Part shown: piece by piece, positions 16,308-16,501 of the stretch
How positions within the stretch are numbered: the first letter of the stretch is position 1
Layout of the letters: the number at the start of each line of letters is the position of its first letter
Assembly (NCBI GenBank): GCA_041695225.1
Contig: JBGFRI010000034.1
Location: forward strand, 1 to 16,501
DNA from: Deinococcota bacterium
Lineage (GTDB): Bacteria; Deinococcota; Deinococci; Deinococcales; Thermaceae
Length of the DNA stretch: 16,501 nucleotides
Direction: 5' to 3'
Made by a program: the position numbers and the translations under genes
Notes under the pieces: model-generated
Told to the model about the DNA's origin: nothing
Databases searched by the model: none
The model's input: the letters and a program-made list of their open reading frames with translations, nothing else

Positions 16308-16501
16308 TGATAATGGACCCCATAAACTGGACACGAAAACCGCAGGCTCTAAGCGATACTAGTTTATGAGAAAGAACCATTCAGCCAGTTTCAAAGCGCA
16401 GGTTGTCCTGGAACTGCTCAGGGAAGAAAAGACTGTTTCGGAGTTGGTCTCTGCTTACGGGGTACACCCCAGTATGCTGCACCGCTGGAAGAAGGTTGCG
16501 C
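16308..16501 (+). mobile_element. IS3-family insertion sequence, left end (IRL plus start of orfA), truncated by the window edge
   Basis: Begins 5'-TG (TGATAATGGACCCCATAAACTGGACA) and is an inverted near-identical copy of 1..121. Confidence 0.9.
16366..16501 (+). CDS. IS3-family transposase OrfA, N-terminal part (runs off the window)
   Basis: MRKNHSASFKAQVVLELLREEKTVSELVSAYGVHPSMLHRWKKVA, an HTH_Tnp_1-type helix-turn-helix. Confidence 0.85.
   Translation, partial: MRKNHSASFKAQVVLELLREEKTVSELVSAYGVHPSMLHRWKKVA

Noticed and set aside
16269..16334. Longer N-terminus of the antitoxin (start 16334)
   Set aside because: It starts inside the IS3 IRL; the -10 box position supports ATG 16268.

Overview
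GC-rich bacterial window, most likely Deinococcus-Thermus (Meiothermus-like). This is inferred from the gene content and from four -10-box/leaderless starts. Both ends lie in near-identical, outward-pointing copies of one IS3-family element. The left part is mostly housekeeping (VOC/PhnB-like relic, nitroreductase, pgk, gap). The right part has a plsY-like gene, pilD and a RelE/ParE toxin-antitoxin pair. The centre (about 4.5-13.7 kb) is an accessory double-glycine peptide secretion locus: C39-peptidase ABC transporter, HlyD adaptor, LuxR-type regulator, two GG-leader precursor peptides (one hidden in frame inside the 3' end of the LuxR ORF), a CPBP/Abi membrane protease, and a secreted NSR-like S41 peptidase split at its signal-peptide cleavage site by an IS256 element (8-bp target duplication). 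It also holds an MNT-HEPN pair whose toxin is doubly inactivated. The cargo is bracketed by two diverged copies of the luxR 3' end, which suggests an exchangeable peptide cassette.
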